A stretch of DNA of 59,695 nt, the filler included, from Sphacelaria rigidula (lineage: Eukaryota): assembly GCA_964200075.2 (NCBI GenBank). It is 5 parts of 5 records of this genome, joined end to end, with 100 filler letters (N's around TTAATTAATTAA, not from the genome) between each part and the next. Parts side by side here need not be neighbours in the genome. Positions count along the whole stretch, not along the records: positions 35,881 to 47,738 come from CAXNAA020004413.1; positions 47,839 to 59,695 come from CAXNAA020004414.1; 3 more parts are not named here. One strand, 5' to 3'. Made by a program: the position numbers and the translations under genes. The stretch's first letter is position 1; the number at the start of each line of letters is the position of its first letter. Shown here one piece after another: positions 37,812 through 50,355 of the stretch. The notes below the pieces were generated by a model. That model made no database searches, was not told the origin of the DNA, and was given only the letters and a program-made list of their open reading frames with translations.

Positions 37812-39534
37812 CCGCCCCTGCTTTTGAGGTTCTGGGCACCCTCATCGATCGTCGCGCCAAGGCCGCCACTCCGGCAGGCGCGGGGTTCGCCAACATGTAT
37901 TCGGACGGTGGTCTTGTGGGCGTGATCGGCACCGGGAAGAGCGCGGAGGCCGGCGCTTTGACGCACGCTCTTGCTGCCTGCGTAAAGGTGAGGAGCTGGG
38001 CAGTCGCCATTGTGGTGTTGTTGAACCCCTCATGCACGCAAGATGCAAGCTCCCCCCTCCCCCCCCCCCTCCCTCCCCAATCATGCACGACGTGTGTTTT
38101 ATTGAGTTCTTCTCACGTTTTCATGTGTGCATGTCCTGGTATGGTCGAGGCTTGTTCTGATCTCCAATTCAGTCAGTTTTGGCGTGAGCGTCCCTTGAGG
38201 GACCGAAACCTAGCCCTCCACCCTCTCCCCCGAAAACCTAGCGCGCTCCGTCCCGGCCTTGTAGGGATGCGAGGTCAAATGGCCTCATGACTACGGCATA
38301 CAAGTTCACGAGTACACCCTCCCACCCCGTCCCCTCCATTTACGATGCTGTCTTAACCCTGAGTTGTTGCGTGATCTGTTTGTAGTCAACCTGCCCCTCC
38401 GTCTGTCTCCCCCCCCGGCATCGGTAGGGACTGGTCGCAGGCCCCTCAGCAGCAGAGCTTGATGCTGCCGTGGCAGCAGCGAAGGTAGCACGCCATCTCA
38501 GCATGGAGACGCCGTCCGATGCCTTGAAGGCCATGGTCGGCGGTGCCTCGGCCGCCTCTGATTTGGACGCAGTAACAGCAGCTGACGTGAAGGCGGCTGC
38601 CGCGGCGGCGGTGGAGTCGGGTGTGACTGTCGCGGCTGTGGGAAATGTTGGCGAGGTGCGTTTATTTTATTTTTTTGGTGAATGTTTTGATATTTCGTTG
38701 AGATGCTCCCATTGCTTGGGAAAGAAACATTCTGGTTGCCTCGGGCCTGTTTTTCCCCTGCTATTTCGTCTTTTGTGGGGTGTTAGCCGGATTATGTAGC
38801 ATCAGTTGCACGTTGCACGCGTGGTCATCTGCCTGATTTCGGTATCCTTCACAACCTAGGTAGTATGTGGTGAACAGTCGCCATAAAATAATGGTACTGC
38901 GCAAAGTATTGGCTATTTCAACTATTGTCGGCAATACATTTTTTTTTCTGTTGCACCTAATGATCGCATTTTGTCCAGGGTGTGGTACCGTGATATTTGG
39001 AATCGAGTTGTGCAGCGGATACACACATGTGCTGCTCTGCTTGCGCCATCTATCATGCACGGCAGGTTCTTCTCGTCCCTTGACAGTGTGTGGGGTGAAC
39101 GAGCGAGTAGAGGCAGCGGGTACATTCATCGCGCCTGTCCTCAAGGTTACTCTTCCCCTCCCCCCACCTTCTCGCCTTTTTTGTGAGAGTCAGTTTGTTC
39201 GTAATGCTCCAACACAGCACCATGTTTTTCCATGAACAAGAACCGGCATCTTCGCCGCAGGACTGGACACAGTACAGTATGAGAAATACGAAGTAATGCA
39301 TTGGCATGCATGGATCGGAAGGAACTGGGTCGAGGTTTCCAAGTTTCAAGTCGTGAAGCTGACTGCGAACATGTCGAGTCATTTCACACGTCGAATGTGT
39401 CCTCACTATTTGTTCTAACTTCGTGTCAACCGACTGCCTCGGCCCTCCTTGCCTTTCCCGCCGCGGCCGGCAACGCTGTGGCTGTGCTTCCTGTCCAGGT
39501 ACCGCTGAAGGCGGACATCGTTTCCATGCTCTAA
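37812..39534 (+). CDS. C-terminal part of an M16B-family protein (mitochondrial processing peptidase alpha / cytochrome bc1 core protein 2-like)
   Basis: Exons 37812-37987 (APAFEVLGTLI...GFANMYSDGGLVGVIG...ACVK|gtgagg), 38428-38655 (GLVAGPSAAELDAAVAAAK...LDAVTAADVKAAA...TVAAVGNVGE|gtgcg) and 39499-39534 (VPLKADIVSML*), all phase 0. The F..YSD.GL.G, .D.VT.ADVK and AAVGN..EVP motifs are typical of the M16 C-domain. Confidence 0.8.
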
Positions 39535-40686
39535 GCTACAGGAAGGGGAATAATAGGATTTTGGGAAGAGGGGGCGGGGAGGGTGAGATATTTCTCTCTT
39601 CGCGCCGTCGGAGTTTGTGTAGGCTGTTTGTTTGACTTTCCCAACTCTTTCAACTCGAACCTTGAACGCTAAGTGGGGGGCAATGTTTGCATCATTAAAA
39701 GTTCTTGGTGATGCCTCCTTGTACGCGGTGCGTTGGTTGGTGAGGACGAGCGATTGCAGGCCACGTGTCAGGAATTGGTATACTGAGCGTTCCTGGTGTG
39801 CCTTCTGAGGCGCGTTGTTGTGGGTAGGGTCGACATTTCGCAGCGCTACTGGATAGTGCTCGGTCATCTCTTGTTTTCTTGTTTCAACAGAAGCTGCAGT
39901 GGGGCATTTCTCATGGTTTATTAGAGACGTTTACTCTAGCTGTTTGAGGCAACTACAAGCATCAGTACGAGTGTTTTTGCAGGTGACATAATCACATATG
40001 GGACTAATTGGATTAATTCGGCGCGTCGTATATTGCCCCGGTCGTTTTCTCGATCTCTGCGCGTGATCAAAGGTCGGTCGTACTTTAATGCTTGCGCATA
40101 GCAACATACATGACGCGAATGAACGCCGAGGAAAATCCTTTTCGGGGAAGAAGTCAACACCGTTCGGGTACCGTCTGAAACTTCAATAACAGAGTTACAA
40201 GGTAACCGACGAAGCATTGTCTGATCGGTTCTACAGCAGACTCCTACTCACCCTGCTCTCGAGCCATCTTCCTCATACCTTGTGCCGCACAATACTGCTC
40301 AGTGTCCAGATTTTGCCTTCTTCATGCAGTTCTGCCGCCATCGATTGTTGGTGTCTGCTGTTGCCTGTGGACAAGAAACTGTTCCGACATCTGCGCAGAG
40401 CCCCGTACTGGGCACTGATGTCGACGCCTGCCGTGATCGCGGTAACTGCCCAAGAAAAAAGTACAATGAAATAAAGTGATACAAAATCGGACGTAGGGAG
40501 ATACACACGGACGTGGTACAAGATGAAGAAAAAAGTGCTTGCTTCACGAGTTCCGGGGCCGCAAAACGAACATTCGGACTACTGGAGACAACGCGCAACC
40601 TGTCCACTCAAGACGCGAGGCCGAGCAGAAATGGAGCCAAAGTCATGATCCAGAGGTCACCAACCATAGTGAGAATCGTCTAGTAC

Positions 40687-40751
40687 CTCCACAGAACCAC
40701 ATGAACGAATATACTGGGCATAGCGGCAAAAACACCACATGACAGACCATC
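40687..40751 (-). CDS. Candidate exon with a Ulp1/C48-peptidase-like catalytic Cys motif (possibly a pseudogene or transposon-borne)
   Basis: Strong acceptor (ctgat + pyrimidine tract + cag), translation DGLSCGVFAAMPSIFVHVVLW, donor ag|gtacta. Resembles the Q.DG.SCGVF motif. Other exons not established. Confidence 0.3.
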
Positions 40752-40839
40752 CTGGGGGAAGGGAGTAACGGCAGGCAGGGATCAGCAATGAAAAGAAGGA
40801 GACGAGGGGTGGTGGGGGTTTCCATCACCTCATCCATAT

Positions 40840-43800
40840 TCAGTCCGATATATATCTATCTGGCTACACTTTTTGACATCTCCCTCCTGCCCTCCTCAGC
40901 TGCGTTGGTATCTTCAATTTGAATCTCTCTTTGCTTTTCGCCCTGTTGATCCCCCCCCCCCAGCCTGAGCTATCATCACTGTTGTGTTGGTTTGTTGACA
41001 TTCCGTTTGAGCACACGTAGTATTCAGCTTGCCTCCTCGTCCTCGTGTCACGAGGTCATAAGCCGCTCTGCTCCCTGCAGCACGCCCGCGTGCCACCGTG
41101 TACCTTCATCCTTCGCTGCTGAGGGACAGAGAACGCGTTCATAATCGAACATCTGTCGATCGTTGTCCGTAGAGCCATCTGCGGCCCCGAAACTTCAACC
41201 CTCTCTCAGGCACTTCAACCAGTTCTTCTCCGGGCACCCTGGTTCTAAATCCCCCCCCCCCAACAAGAGTTCCGAATGCCACTTGCTTCGGTAGTCGTCC
41301 ATCCGGTTTTCTAGGGCATGGCTCCCGCGAACAGCAGTCGCCGTTGCGGCACGGTGGCTTCAGCACTCTGGCATCCGGTACTGTTGAGCGCCTGGGCGTA
41401 CTACAGCTGTCGGTATGTGCTACTCACCTGGTGGTACCCGATAACTTGCAGGAGGAGCCGGTCGTGGATCTATCTGAGCATCTTGTAGTACTCGCGGCGC
41501 GGGGCCCACGTCATACATCAGTACAGTAGGGCCTCCATCGTCACCGCCTTCAGCAGTCGGACCTTGAGTCTCCAAGGTGCTATCGGTCGGTCAATTAAAT
41601 CCCTGGAGAGCTTCCCGATGCATGCCCACGCTGCTCCGCTCCGGGTGTTGATCTCTTGTGTAAGTTCGCTATCTTCGCTCACGAGCCCGCCCAAGTGTCG
41701 GAACTTGATGGTCTGTGCGTACTTTAAGCCCGATGCTTCGTTGAAAAGTGGCAGGAAAGGTGGCGTTGGTGGCTACCCCTTCTGTGGTGGTTTTCGGATT
41801 CTCGCATCGGAAGAGTCTCCGCGTTCTTCTCCGACACTATCAGTCTAATGGCCCCAAACACGAGTACGATACGATCATCATCGTCGCCAGGCCGTCGGGG
41901 GACCTCGAGACAACGGCGAGCGTCATCGGCATGTAGTGTTCCCCACATCGCTCTCCATACCCCTTTGAGAGGTGTCGCCGCCCCCCTCCTCGTCTACTCG
42001 TTGAGATATACCGTGTTCTTAAGGGTGTTGTCATCCTTGCTGAATTGCACGACAACTATCGCGAGAACCGCAGCGGAAAAAAATTCAACAGCAGAGGACA
42101 TAGCACACATCCTTGTCGCAGTCCCAGTGTGACCTCGAACCACTTCAAGAGCTCCCCGTCGTCGATACGTACGCGGGCCTGCATGCCGCCGTGGAATTGA
42201 CGGATAACTGCCATCACCCCACCCGGAATACCAACTTGAGCCAACTGTTGCCACAGAAGCTCTCGGTCGACCGAATCATAGCCCTTTTGGAGGCCGACGA
42301 AGCACATGCACAGCGAGCGGTATTCTCCGCCGCCGTCCCAGTTCCTGGAGTCGGCGCACTCCAAATAACATATGGATAGTAGATCGATCAGGCCGGAAGC
42401 CTCACTGATCCTTCGGTAGTATCCCGTGGGCTTCGCAGTAGTCGCTGAGGGGGTTGGCCTCTATCTACAGGACTACTTTTTCTGCGTGCGAAGCCAGTGA
42501 GATTCCCCTGTAGTTGTTGGTAATGGTGCGGTCCGATCTCTCGTGGAACACTTTGATGGTTGCATCTTTCCACTCCTGTGGCACCTCACCTCCGTTCCAA
42601 ACCTTCGACGAGAATGGCATGGAATCGTTCGAGGAAGACAAGCTCGGCACGGTCGTCGATCATGATTAGCTCTCCATATAGGGAGGGAGCCGTGTCCCGG
42701 TGCTTTCCAGTTGCGCCCGGACTGCTCGTCTGTCCTTCTTCAGCGTTGCTACCAACCCCGGTACCAAATTCACGGTGGGTGATGCTGCCGGTCGCTACTT
42801 CATCTCCTGGATGATGGCTGGGTTCAGCGTCGGCGATATAATATTGAACAGGGCTCGGACAAGACTCGCCCACCATTTCAGGATCTCGAAAATATTCCAT
42901 AGTTGAACCCCGTTCTCGCCCTTGATGAACTGCTGCCTCCTTGATTGTCTCCCGTGAAGACCCACCGACCTCTTGAGGTGTTGATATGGGTCTCTCATGT
43001 CGTGATACTTGTAGATCGCTTTTGGCCTCACTACACACCTCTACAGGTTCCCATAGACGCCGTCGTCTATCGCTGTATATACTCCCCCGTACACGCGGCT
43101 CTGAGTGCTTCCCACGTTGCTGGGGCCGGGTTGTCCTTTATCAATCGACGTGCCTCTCATCGGTTGGTAAGCGCTGCTTCTACTGTTGCTGTTCTCGTGT
43201 CGGGAATGCCACACCATTCCATGTACGTCGTATCCGTGTCTCTTCCGGGGGTACTGTCAATGCTACTTGTAGGATAGCTGCTTCGGTGAACTCCCTCGCG
43301 GCCGCCGGTGTGGTGATGGGTGATTGACATGCTCGCTCGCCGAGGTTGTGTAGGAACCTCTTGATCACGTGCTCCCGTGCTATTTCGATCTACAGCTGCT
43401 GTCTACTGAATCGCCACTGCTGCGGTATGGTTCGCACAGTACGTGGGTGAGGCGGCCACCGAAGTTGACAGCAGCCACCGTGTTGTGATCCGAGTCACCT
43501 TTGGCCGGAGGTGCGGATTGGGGGTGTTCGACTACGTTGCTCACTCTACCTCGGTGCGCCTGCCGGATGAGTGTGTGGCCTATGCGCTTGAAGTCACTCG
43601 CGCCGTTCCCCACGACACCCTCTCGTATTTTTCCTCCCGTTCGTGCGTTGTCATCCATCAACACATGCACACACCCCTTCGATCGGATCCGCTCTACGGG
43701 ATTGTCAAGCCCATCCTAGAACGCTTCTTCGGTTTTGCCCTTGGCGACGTCGGTTGGAGCATACGCAGTTATAACCTGATCCCTCCGCTTTGCGCCAAAA

Positions 43801-44330
43801 TTTCGAAGCACATTGCCATGAGGCGCTCGTTGATATACTCAGTGGTATAGCTGGCGTTAATGCAAATCGACTCCCTGATGGCTAGTCCCATAACGAAGTG
43901 CCAACCTATTCGCCCCAACAGCAAAAGACTCTGAACCCTGCTTCGGCACAGTTTCTTCGTCCCACCCTCCGTGCCTTTTGCAGTTCTATCGCCGAGATGT
44001 TTAGTCTCGAAGCCTCACAAAAAACGCTGCAGTTTTGTCCCCATCCGTTGATTCCTTTCGCAATGATAGTTCGGACGTTGCAGCGGGAGTTGCCGAGACT
44101 GTTCGAGATCGCCCTGCACGATTTTTAACTTCCCTACGTGGTCTAACCCGGCAGAACGGTTGCCAAGATCGACGGCTATACGAAGCAACGCCGAATACCC
44201 GGGGAAGAGGAACATGGTGACGCGGCGATCCATCGTCGAACCACGTTCAGTCCCAGGGTTTGTCAACCCTAGGCCTGAGGGAGGGTAGTACGAGGATGAG
44301 CCCAGCTATTCGACTGACGGGCTCGGAGGG
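40840..44330 (-). mobile_element. Decayed near full-length non-LTR retrotransposon (APE endonuclease + reverse transcriptase, RTE-like)
   Basis: Frameshifted fragments in the expected order: endonuclease (MDDNARTG, SDHN at ~43380-43670), [20 protein letters not shown] (42465-42650), FVGLQKGYDSVDRELLW...GLRQGCVLCPLLLN (42056-42364), LHADDA (~41930), RLPKQVAFG (~41280). Many stops and frameshifts. Confidence 0.93.
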
Positions 44331-45709
44331 CTAGTTAATGTGATCTACAGGTATTCCAACTAGAGGCGAGGGAGTGGTGTCCGTTGTAACGGTTACAGAC
44401 ACGCCTCCGTGCGCGCCGTGGTTTCACTACCCGGCACGACCCTTGGTTTTTACTCTCTTTATGAGCACAAAAACGAGCTAAGAGCTTATGTGAATCTAGT
44501 GATGAGGCTATGATAACCTCCACCACGAAAGAAAAACTGAATTGCCTCTGGAGTTGTGATCAAGATCCTTGCCGTTCCATGTGTACGGCGTTGGACGTAT
44601 TCCCTCTTGCTATGCTTTTGCTGGTTGGTTGCTGAACACGGTGAGACAATACAGTAGTACGGACTCCCGAACCATGTCGTCATGATAGTATAATGATTGA
44701 TTTCAGTGCACAAACAGCATGGTGTATTCGTGACAGGTTCCGGCATAGTCAACATGGTATATATTAGTCATCACGTATTTGTATGCGCATGATTTGACTC
44801 AACTGGATGCTTGTTCGAGACCACGAGACATATCGCCTTCCTGTACGCCGGTAGCGATGCCTAATGCTGAGAACGTCCCACTCTACCGTCTGTTTGTAAC
44901 AGTTGTAAGTGGCTACCGTAACCAGCAGGCCTCCTCCTAGCGCGGCCCGTCTTTCTCTTCTTCTTCGTCTTTTTTTTTATTTGAGAGCGCTGTAGACTTT
45001 CCGGCTATGTTTGTTAGCCCAGCGCTTGTCTTTTCATCACGGGCAGGTGGACCTTTCCTGCTCTGTCCGACTTTACTCCTCCCTCGCTTCTGGTCTGCCT
45101 AACTACGCGTTGGGCATTCCCTCCATTCCTGTCTAGGCTGTCCCTACTGCGGTTTCCGCTGCTTCACAGCCCCGGGTTCCAGGATGTGGCTTCGGCATGT
45201 AACTTCATGATGCTGCCAAATTCGTTCCGACACTAAGACCACACCAATCTCGCGCTCGCGGTACCTCTTAACTTTAAACGCAGGCCCCCCGGTAATACGA
45301 GGCTCAAGTTCGTGTATCCGCCGTCGTTGGATGGTCTTCGCGTGGTCTGAGATCACTGGCGGACTCCTGCCCACCCCAGTATGGGCAGGTGGGGGGGGGG
45401 GGGGTAGGTCCGGGTTTTTTTTTTTCTTTATTGCTTTCACCTTTGGGATGGTGTCCCCTCGGAGACAGGGACACCTTCAACATTTGGGTGCTCATGACGT
45501 TTCTTCCATACGTTACACAAAACCTTTCACGTATCTTATCCCCTTCCTGTTTCGCCGTCTGTGGCCACCATCTATCTTCTGGTATAGCCATCGTTTTCTC
45601 GCTACTGTCTCATGTATCAAACGATTTTTTCCACCTTCGCTTACTCCCCACATTTCCCCTCTTTAACACGTGCTGTTCCTTCTTGAATAGTTCACGACCT
45701 GCCACTATA

Positions 45710-46299
45710 TGAGCTGGGCCAGCCAAGAGTAGGTGTGAATCTCGCTCGGGCGACGCACGGCGCGATACTAGGAGTTGGACGCTGAAGTTTTGACAGCAGC
45801 TCTTTATGATCAAAATGCAGAAGATCACCTGACCAGCAAAGAAAAAAAGAAGTTATGGGCATTTGAAATTTCAGCAAAATAAGATAATGTCTTTAGCCCA
45901 GGAAAAAAAGGAGAATCTGTAGCTGCTCACGTGAAGTATCAGTTCCTTGGGTGCAGAGGGTCTGCCTGAAATTTCAGCTCAAGAGTCATTGAATTGGGCC
46001 GTGCGTTCAACATTTTTCCGTGACGCTGCTGCCCCCCTATAAATCAAGTGATGGGAGACTCCAATTGTGGAGGCCATGAGTTCGAATCCCGACAGATTAT
46101 CTTTTTTTTCCGTCCGTCGTTACGGTCATACATTATGCAGTACATTTTTTTTCGAGTATTTTCTCCATTCAGCGGCGGTGCCGTGTGTTACCAGGTTGAT
46201 CTACACTTCACGGTGAAATGCTTACATCGGGTTCATTCGGGAAACTGTTAGAGCTGTGGTGTGAGAAAGTTTTAGCCGCTTTTAAGCTGGCCCAGCTCG
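45710..46299. mobile_element. CGAGCTGGGCCAGC-TIR element inserted into the family-B LINE
   Basis: TIRs at both ends. The host reading ESRTH|IVAG is interrupted precisely at this point. Confidence 0.8.
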
Positions 46300-46842
46300 T
46301 GTGAGTTCTACTCTCCATTGCTTTGCGACAGGGCAGTTATGTGCATCTGCTTATTCCTTCTTCCATCCGACCACTGATATACCTCTTTCTGCTCTCCTTT
46401 TTTTTTTTTTGTCAGGTCCAGGTCGCCCACCCGAAATCGCACGTTCAAAATTTTCGCAGAGTCCAGTGGGTCATGCAGATATGTTTTCATCCCTATCCCG
46501 TCTCTTAACCCCCTGCTCATCTTCAGGTGCTCTTGCTCGTCTACTTTTCGTCTTGGTGATTATTTTCCCCCTATCTGCATCAGGTCGCTTATTTTTGTCT
46601 TGCACCTCCCGTATTCCCCTATGTGCATTATGTCGTCTGAGTTTCTTCTACCACGCCTTGCACAATTTCTCGGCTACGCTATCCCGCTTCATTCCAGCCT
46701 GCCCTTTTGTCACTTTCTTCCATATAACCCTGTCACCTATGGCTGGCAACTTCGTTCTTGGCATGCTTTTCATTACGTTATATTATCATTTCAATTTTCT
46801 CAGGTCTCTACTTGTTTCACAAGTAGGACAGATTAGTTCCCT

Positions 46843-47420
46843 GTAGCTCGAGCTAGCTCATTTTTTGCGTAGCTCCCCAGTGAGCTATGAGAGCAATATG
46901 AGCTACGCATGTTTTCCCTGGGTGAGCTACGAGAGCTGTATGAGCTACGAAAGTTTGCCCTACGCGAGCTACCAACCCGTAGCTCATCAGCTCATATTCG
47001 TCCTGGGTGAGCTATGGGAGCTGTATCACGTTTGCCATGGGTGAGCTACCAACCCGTAGCTCATCAGCTCATATTCGTCGTGGGTGAGCTATGAGAGCTG
47101 CATGAGCTACGCATGCTTGCCCTGGATGAGCTATGAGAGATGCATGAGCTACACATGTTTGCCCTGGGTGAGCTACCGGACGTAGTTCATCCGCATATGT
47201 TTGCCCTGGATGAGCTACCAACCCGTAGCTCATTCGCTCGTAAATGTCCTGGGTGAGCTATGAGAGCTGCATAAGCTGCGCAAGTTTGCCCTGGGTGAGC
47301 TATCAACTCGTAGCTCATCAGCTCATATTCGTCCTGGGTGAGCCATCGGACGTAGCTCACACGTACATGTTTGACTACAAGTAGGCTACGGCCCGCAGAT
47401 GAGCTAGCTCATGAGCTGTC
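46843..47420. repeat. Minisatellite of ~42-bp units (TGAGCTA...CCTGGG) bounded by short inverted ends
   Basis: About 12 units of two interleaved types. Ends AGCTCGAGCTAGCTCAT / ATGAGCTAGCTCATGAGCT. Confidence 0.85.
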
Positions 47421-47738
47421 CAACGTGCGATTGTTTCAAGGGGGTACAGTCCCAACTCTGCTCCCAATGATGAATTACTCGCCGTTTTCGAGCATCCAAG
47501 TATTTTATCAGCTGCTAACAGCCGATACTGATTTCTGGGGTTGAAACAAAAAATGAGATTGAAGTCCCATTTCTCCATTGCGGGGAAGATACGAAAGAGT
47601 AACACAGAGCGAAAGTATCTTCCTCCCCACAACTCAACAGGAGGGCTTAACCGTCAGACCGCGAGAGTAGTTCACCCGCTGAATCAGCATCAATATTCAC
47701 GTGGAAAACGTACGCGTGGTCCAGATCGACTACCAACA

Positions 47739-47838
47739 NNNNNNNNNNNNNNNNNNNNNNNNNNNNNNNNNNNNNNNNNNNNTTAATTAATTAANNNNNN
47801 NNNNNNNNNNNNNNNNNNNNNNNNNNNNNNNNNNNNNN
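47739..47838. other. Artificial scaffold linker
   Basis: Same N44-TTAATTAATTAA-N44 structure. Confidence 0.97.
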
Positions 47839-50355
47839 TGCGCCCACATATCCCGAAAAAGGGTAGACTGGCGTCCAGAATAAATGGGACAACACACACA
47901 CACACACACACAATCCGTTCGTTTTGCGCGGTTTCGGTCCAAGCGAATTTGCAAGCCATGAAGACAGGGGACTTCGTGAAGCGGTACGTGTTCACTCGTC
48001 ATAGAGTACGCACAGTTACACTGTTGTGCTGCTGTCTGCATACAGTGTGTCTGAGTTTTTGTGTTTTTCGTATACGAGTAGGATGTGAAAGAAAATCGGG
48101 CATCGTGCAGTACAGACAGCACAGGACTGTCTTTATCCGTCTGTACCCTCTGCAATATTAAAAAGGACTCGAGAAGACGTGCAGTTCTGTACTGCCGGTG
48201 CTGTCATGAGTGTGTACGCAAAGGTCGGCCGCCCATCTCATCACACAGTTCCGTCGCCGATCCCTCTCCCACAAAAGAAGATGCTGGAGTTTTCGCCAAT
48301 AGGAAGGACATTGTACTTCATGCCAAGAGGGTCATAGTGCCGATTCCCGACTACTTCAGCGTATAACAACGTATTGGTGAGATTGAGAGTAGAGCGCTGA
48401 TTGAGAGTGCCTTTGATCGTTCGCTTTACCGTAGCCAATTTTTCATTCCGTGTGTGGTTCTCTTTGCCTCCATCACTAGCGTGTGCTTACAGTTACACGT
48501 CGATGTCCTACTCAGGGATATCGAGGGCCTCAGTGGCAAGCTACTACAAAAAGCATATCGGGTGTCGTTCGGGAGCATTTCGGAATTGAAACGATTCATT
48601 CACTAATTGACCGCTTTTCACTCTCAAGTTATCCTCTACTCTCAATCTCACGAAAATATTGTTGTATGCATCCCTGTGCTCAAGTCGTGCCCTATACTGC
48701 AGGGTCGCGGTGGTAAATGAGAGTGACTTGTGTGAGCCTGCATGTTCCCGTAAACGGGTGGTATCTGGCGTGGTGGTCTGCAGGGTTAGGAGTGAAGTAC
48801 CCCTTCGTGCCTTTCCGCCGCGTGTTTTGGATCGAAAATGCCAACTTTCGGAATGCTTTTCCTCCCGTGCCCGCGCAAATAATTATGAATAATGAGTGAA
48901 GCCAGCTAAGAACATTCATTCTATTATTGATTATTGATGTGGACTAACGGGATCGAAATAATTCGTTGTCATTGCTCTTTCTCGATCGTTTTTTTTTTTT
49001 TTAGGAGACACACCCTCAATCGTAGGTAAACTGGGGCATAAACAACGTTCTTTTTACTCTGCTCATGGTCTTTGCCGCTTACCTAACCCCTCTCGTGTTG
49101 CCAGCATAGCTTCACACTGTCTCGAGTGTTGTTGCGGAACACCAACGCAGAGACATCAGCAGCGTGCAGTAGACTGTTCAGTGGAGAGCGATGGTATGCT
49201 CACTGTTTTCTCTAGTTATATCCAACGAAGATATGCAACATACAACATACGTACTGACTCTGCACGCACTTGACTGCAGGGTAAAAACGGGTCAGGGGTT
49301 CTCGCGGGACTTTTTCCGGCGTATGTTAGTACATCCCCAACATCCACATGTTTACGAAAAAAGGTGTTTGATGTAGTGAGAAAAACAGTCGTTCTGAACC
49401 CTGAAGGTGTCGTACGAGTAGCCCATCTGAGTCCATCTGAGGGGGTTTTGCAGTCCAAGCTTGGTTAACGCCGATCCCGCTGCAATGGAATAGGCGTGAT
49501 GGTTCACTAATGATGGCACCCCTGCGCCTCCAGCTGCACCCTACGAGCGACCCACCCCTGCTTCGCCTCTTTCCCCTGTTCTTGTTTGAATGCACTAGCT
49601 GTAGCCATCAACGCACTTGAGGATGTCTACTGAGTAACGCCGCCGTTGATAATCGGACAAGAAAAATGTGGGGGGAATGCGTTGTTATACGTATGGCAGT
49701 TTTGACACGCTCTCACGCGACGGAATGACACGCAGCCGGTAATCAATACAGTACAAAAACGTTACCGCCCAAGTTGCGCCGATCGAACAGCGGCGAAGCC
49801 GTGCATCACCAGGCTGGGCCGCGGATCACAGCGACATGCTCACATCGGACTGATTCGGGAAACTGAAGAAAAAAAAACGTGCCCCCGGGTTGTACGTTTC
49901 TCGACTGGCCCAGCTCGTAGTATTTCTTTTGTGTTTCGTTTTCCCCTCTTTTTTGTTCAGTTTACCCTGTTTTTGTTGTGGGTCATGACCACGACTATTC
50001 CTCCGGAGTAAGTTAATGTGCGACAATACCTCGAATCAACCAGTGCAACGTACGCTTAGTATATGTATATACGCGTGTGAAACACCCGTTGGCATCACGA
50101 AGATATGTACATGTTTTTTTTTTCTCCAATGTCATATGCGCTTCAAAAAATGTGATCGTTTGATTTCCTGCGGCACCTCCTCCACGGATATCTGCGCTCT
50201 CCTTTTTTGATCGCCGCGATTCGTGTGTGTGTATGTATGTGCCGTGTGCGCTGCTTCCATTCGAACGTCCGTGCGCGTTCGTCCCACGTGGTTGCATGGG
50301 GAACAACGATGGCGACAATGCGTGGATGGATGGACCTTGTCAACTCTGTAAATAG

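Larger units (their letters stand above)
45430..47530 (-). mobile_element. Fragment of a second LINE family (family B), C-terminal ORF region with Cys/His knuckle, interrupted by a MITE and a minisatellite element
   Basis: Degenerate translation KILGCSKTASN..AELGLYPLET (47425-47530), MKTYLH.P.D.AK.L..RFRVGDLDL, PC.KAMESRTH|IVAGRE (split by the MITE at 45710-46299) and DRWWPQTAKQEGDK. Homologous to 53812-54177. Confidence 0.75.

Noticed and set aside
46843-47420. CRISPR-like array
   Set aside because: The inter-repeat sequences are not unique spacers (two types recur), there are no cas genes, and the context is eukaryotic.
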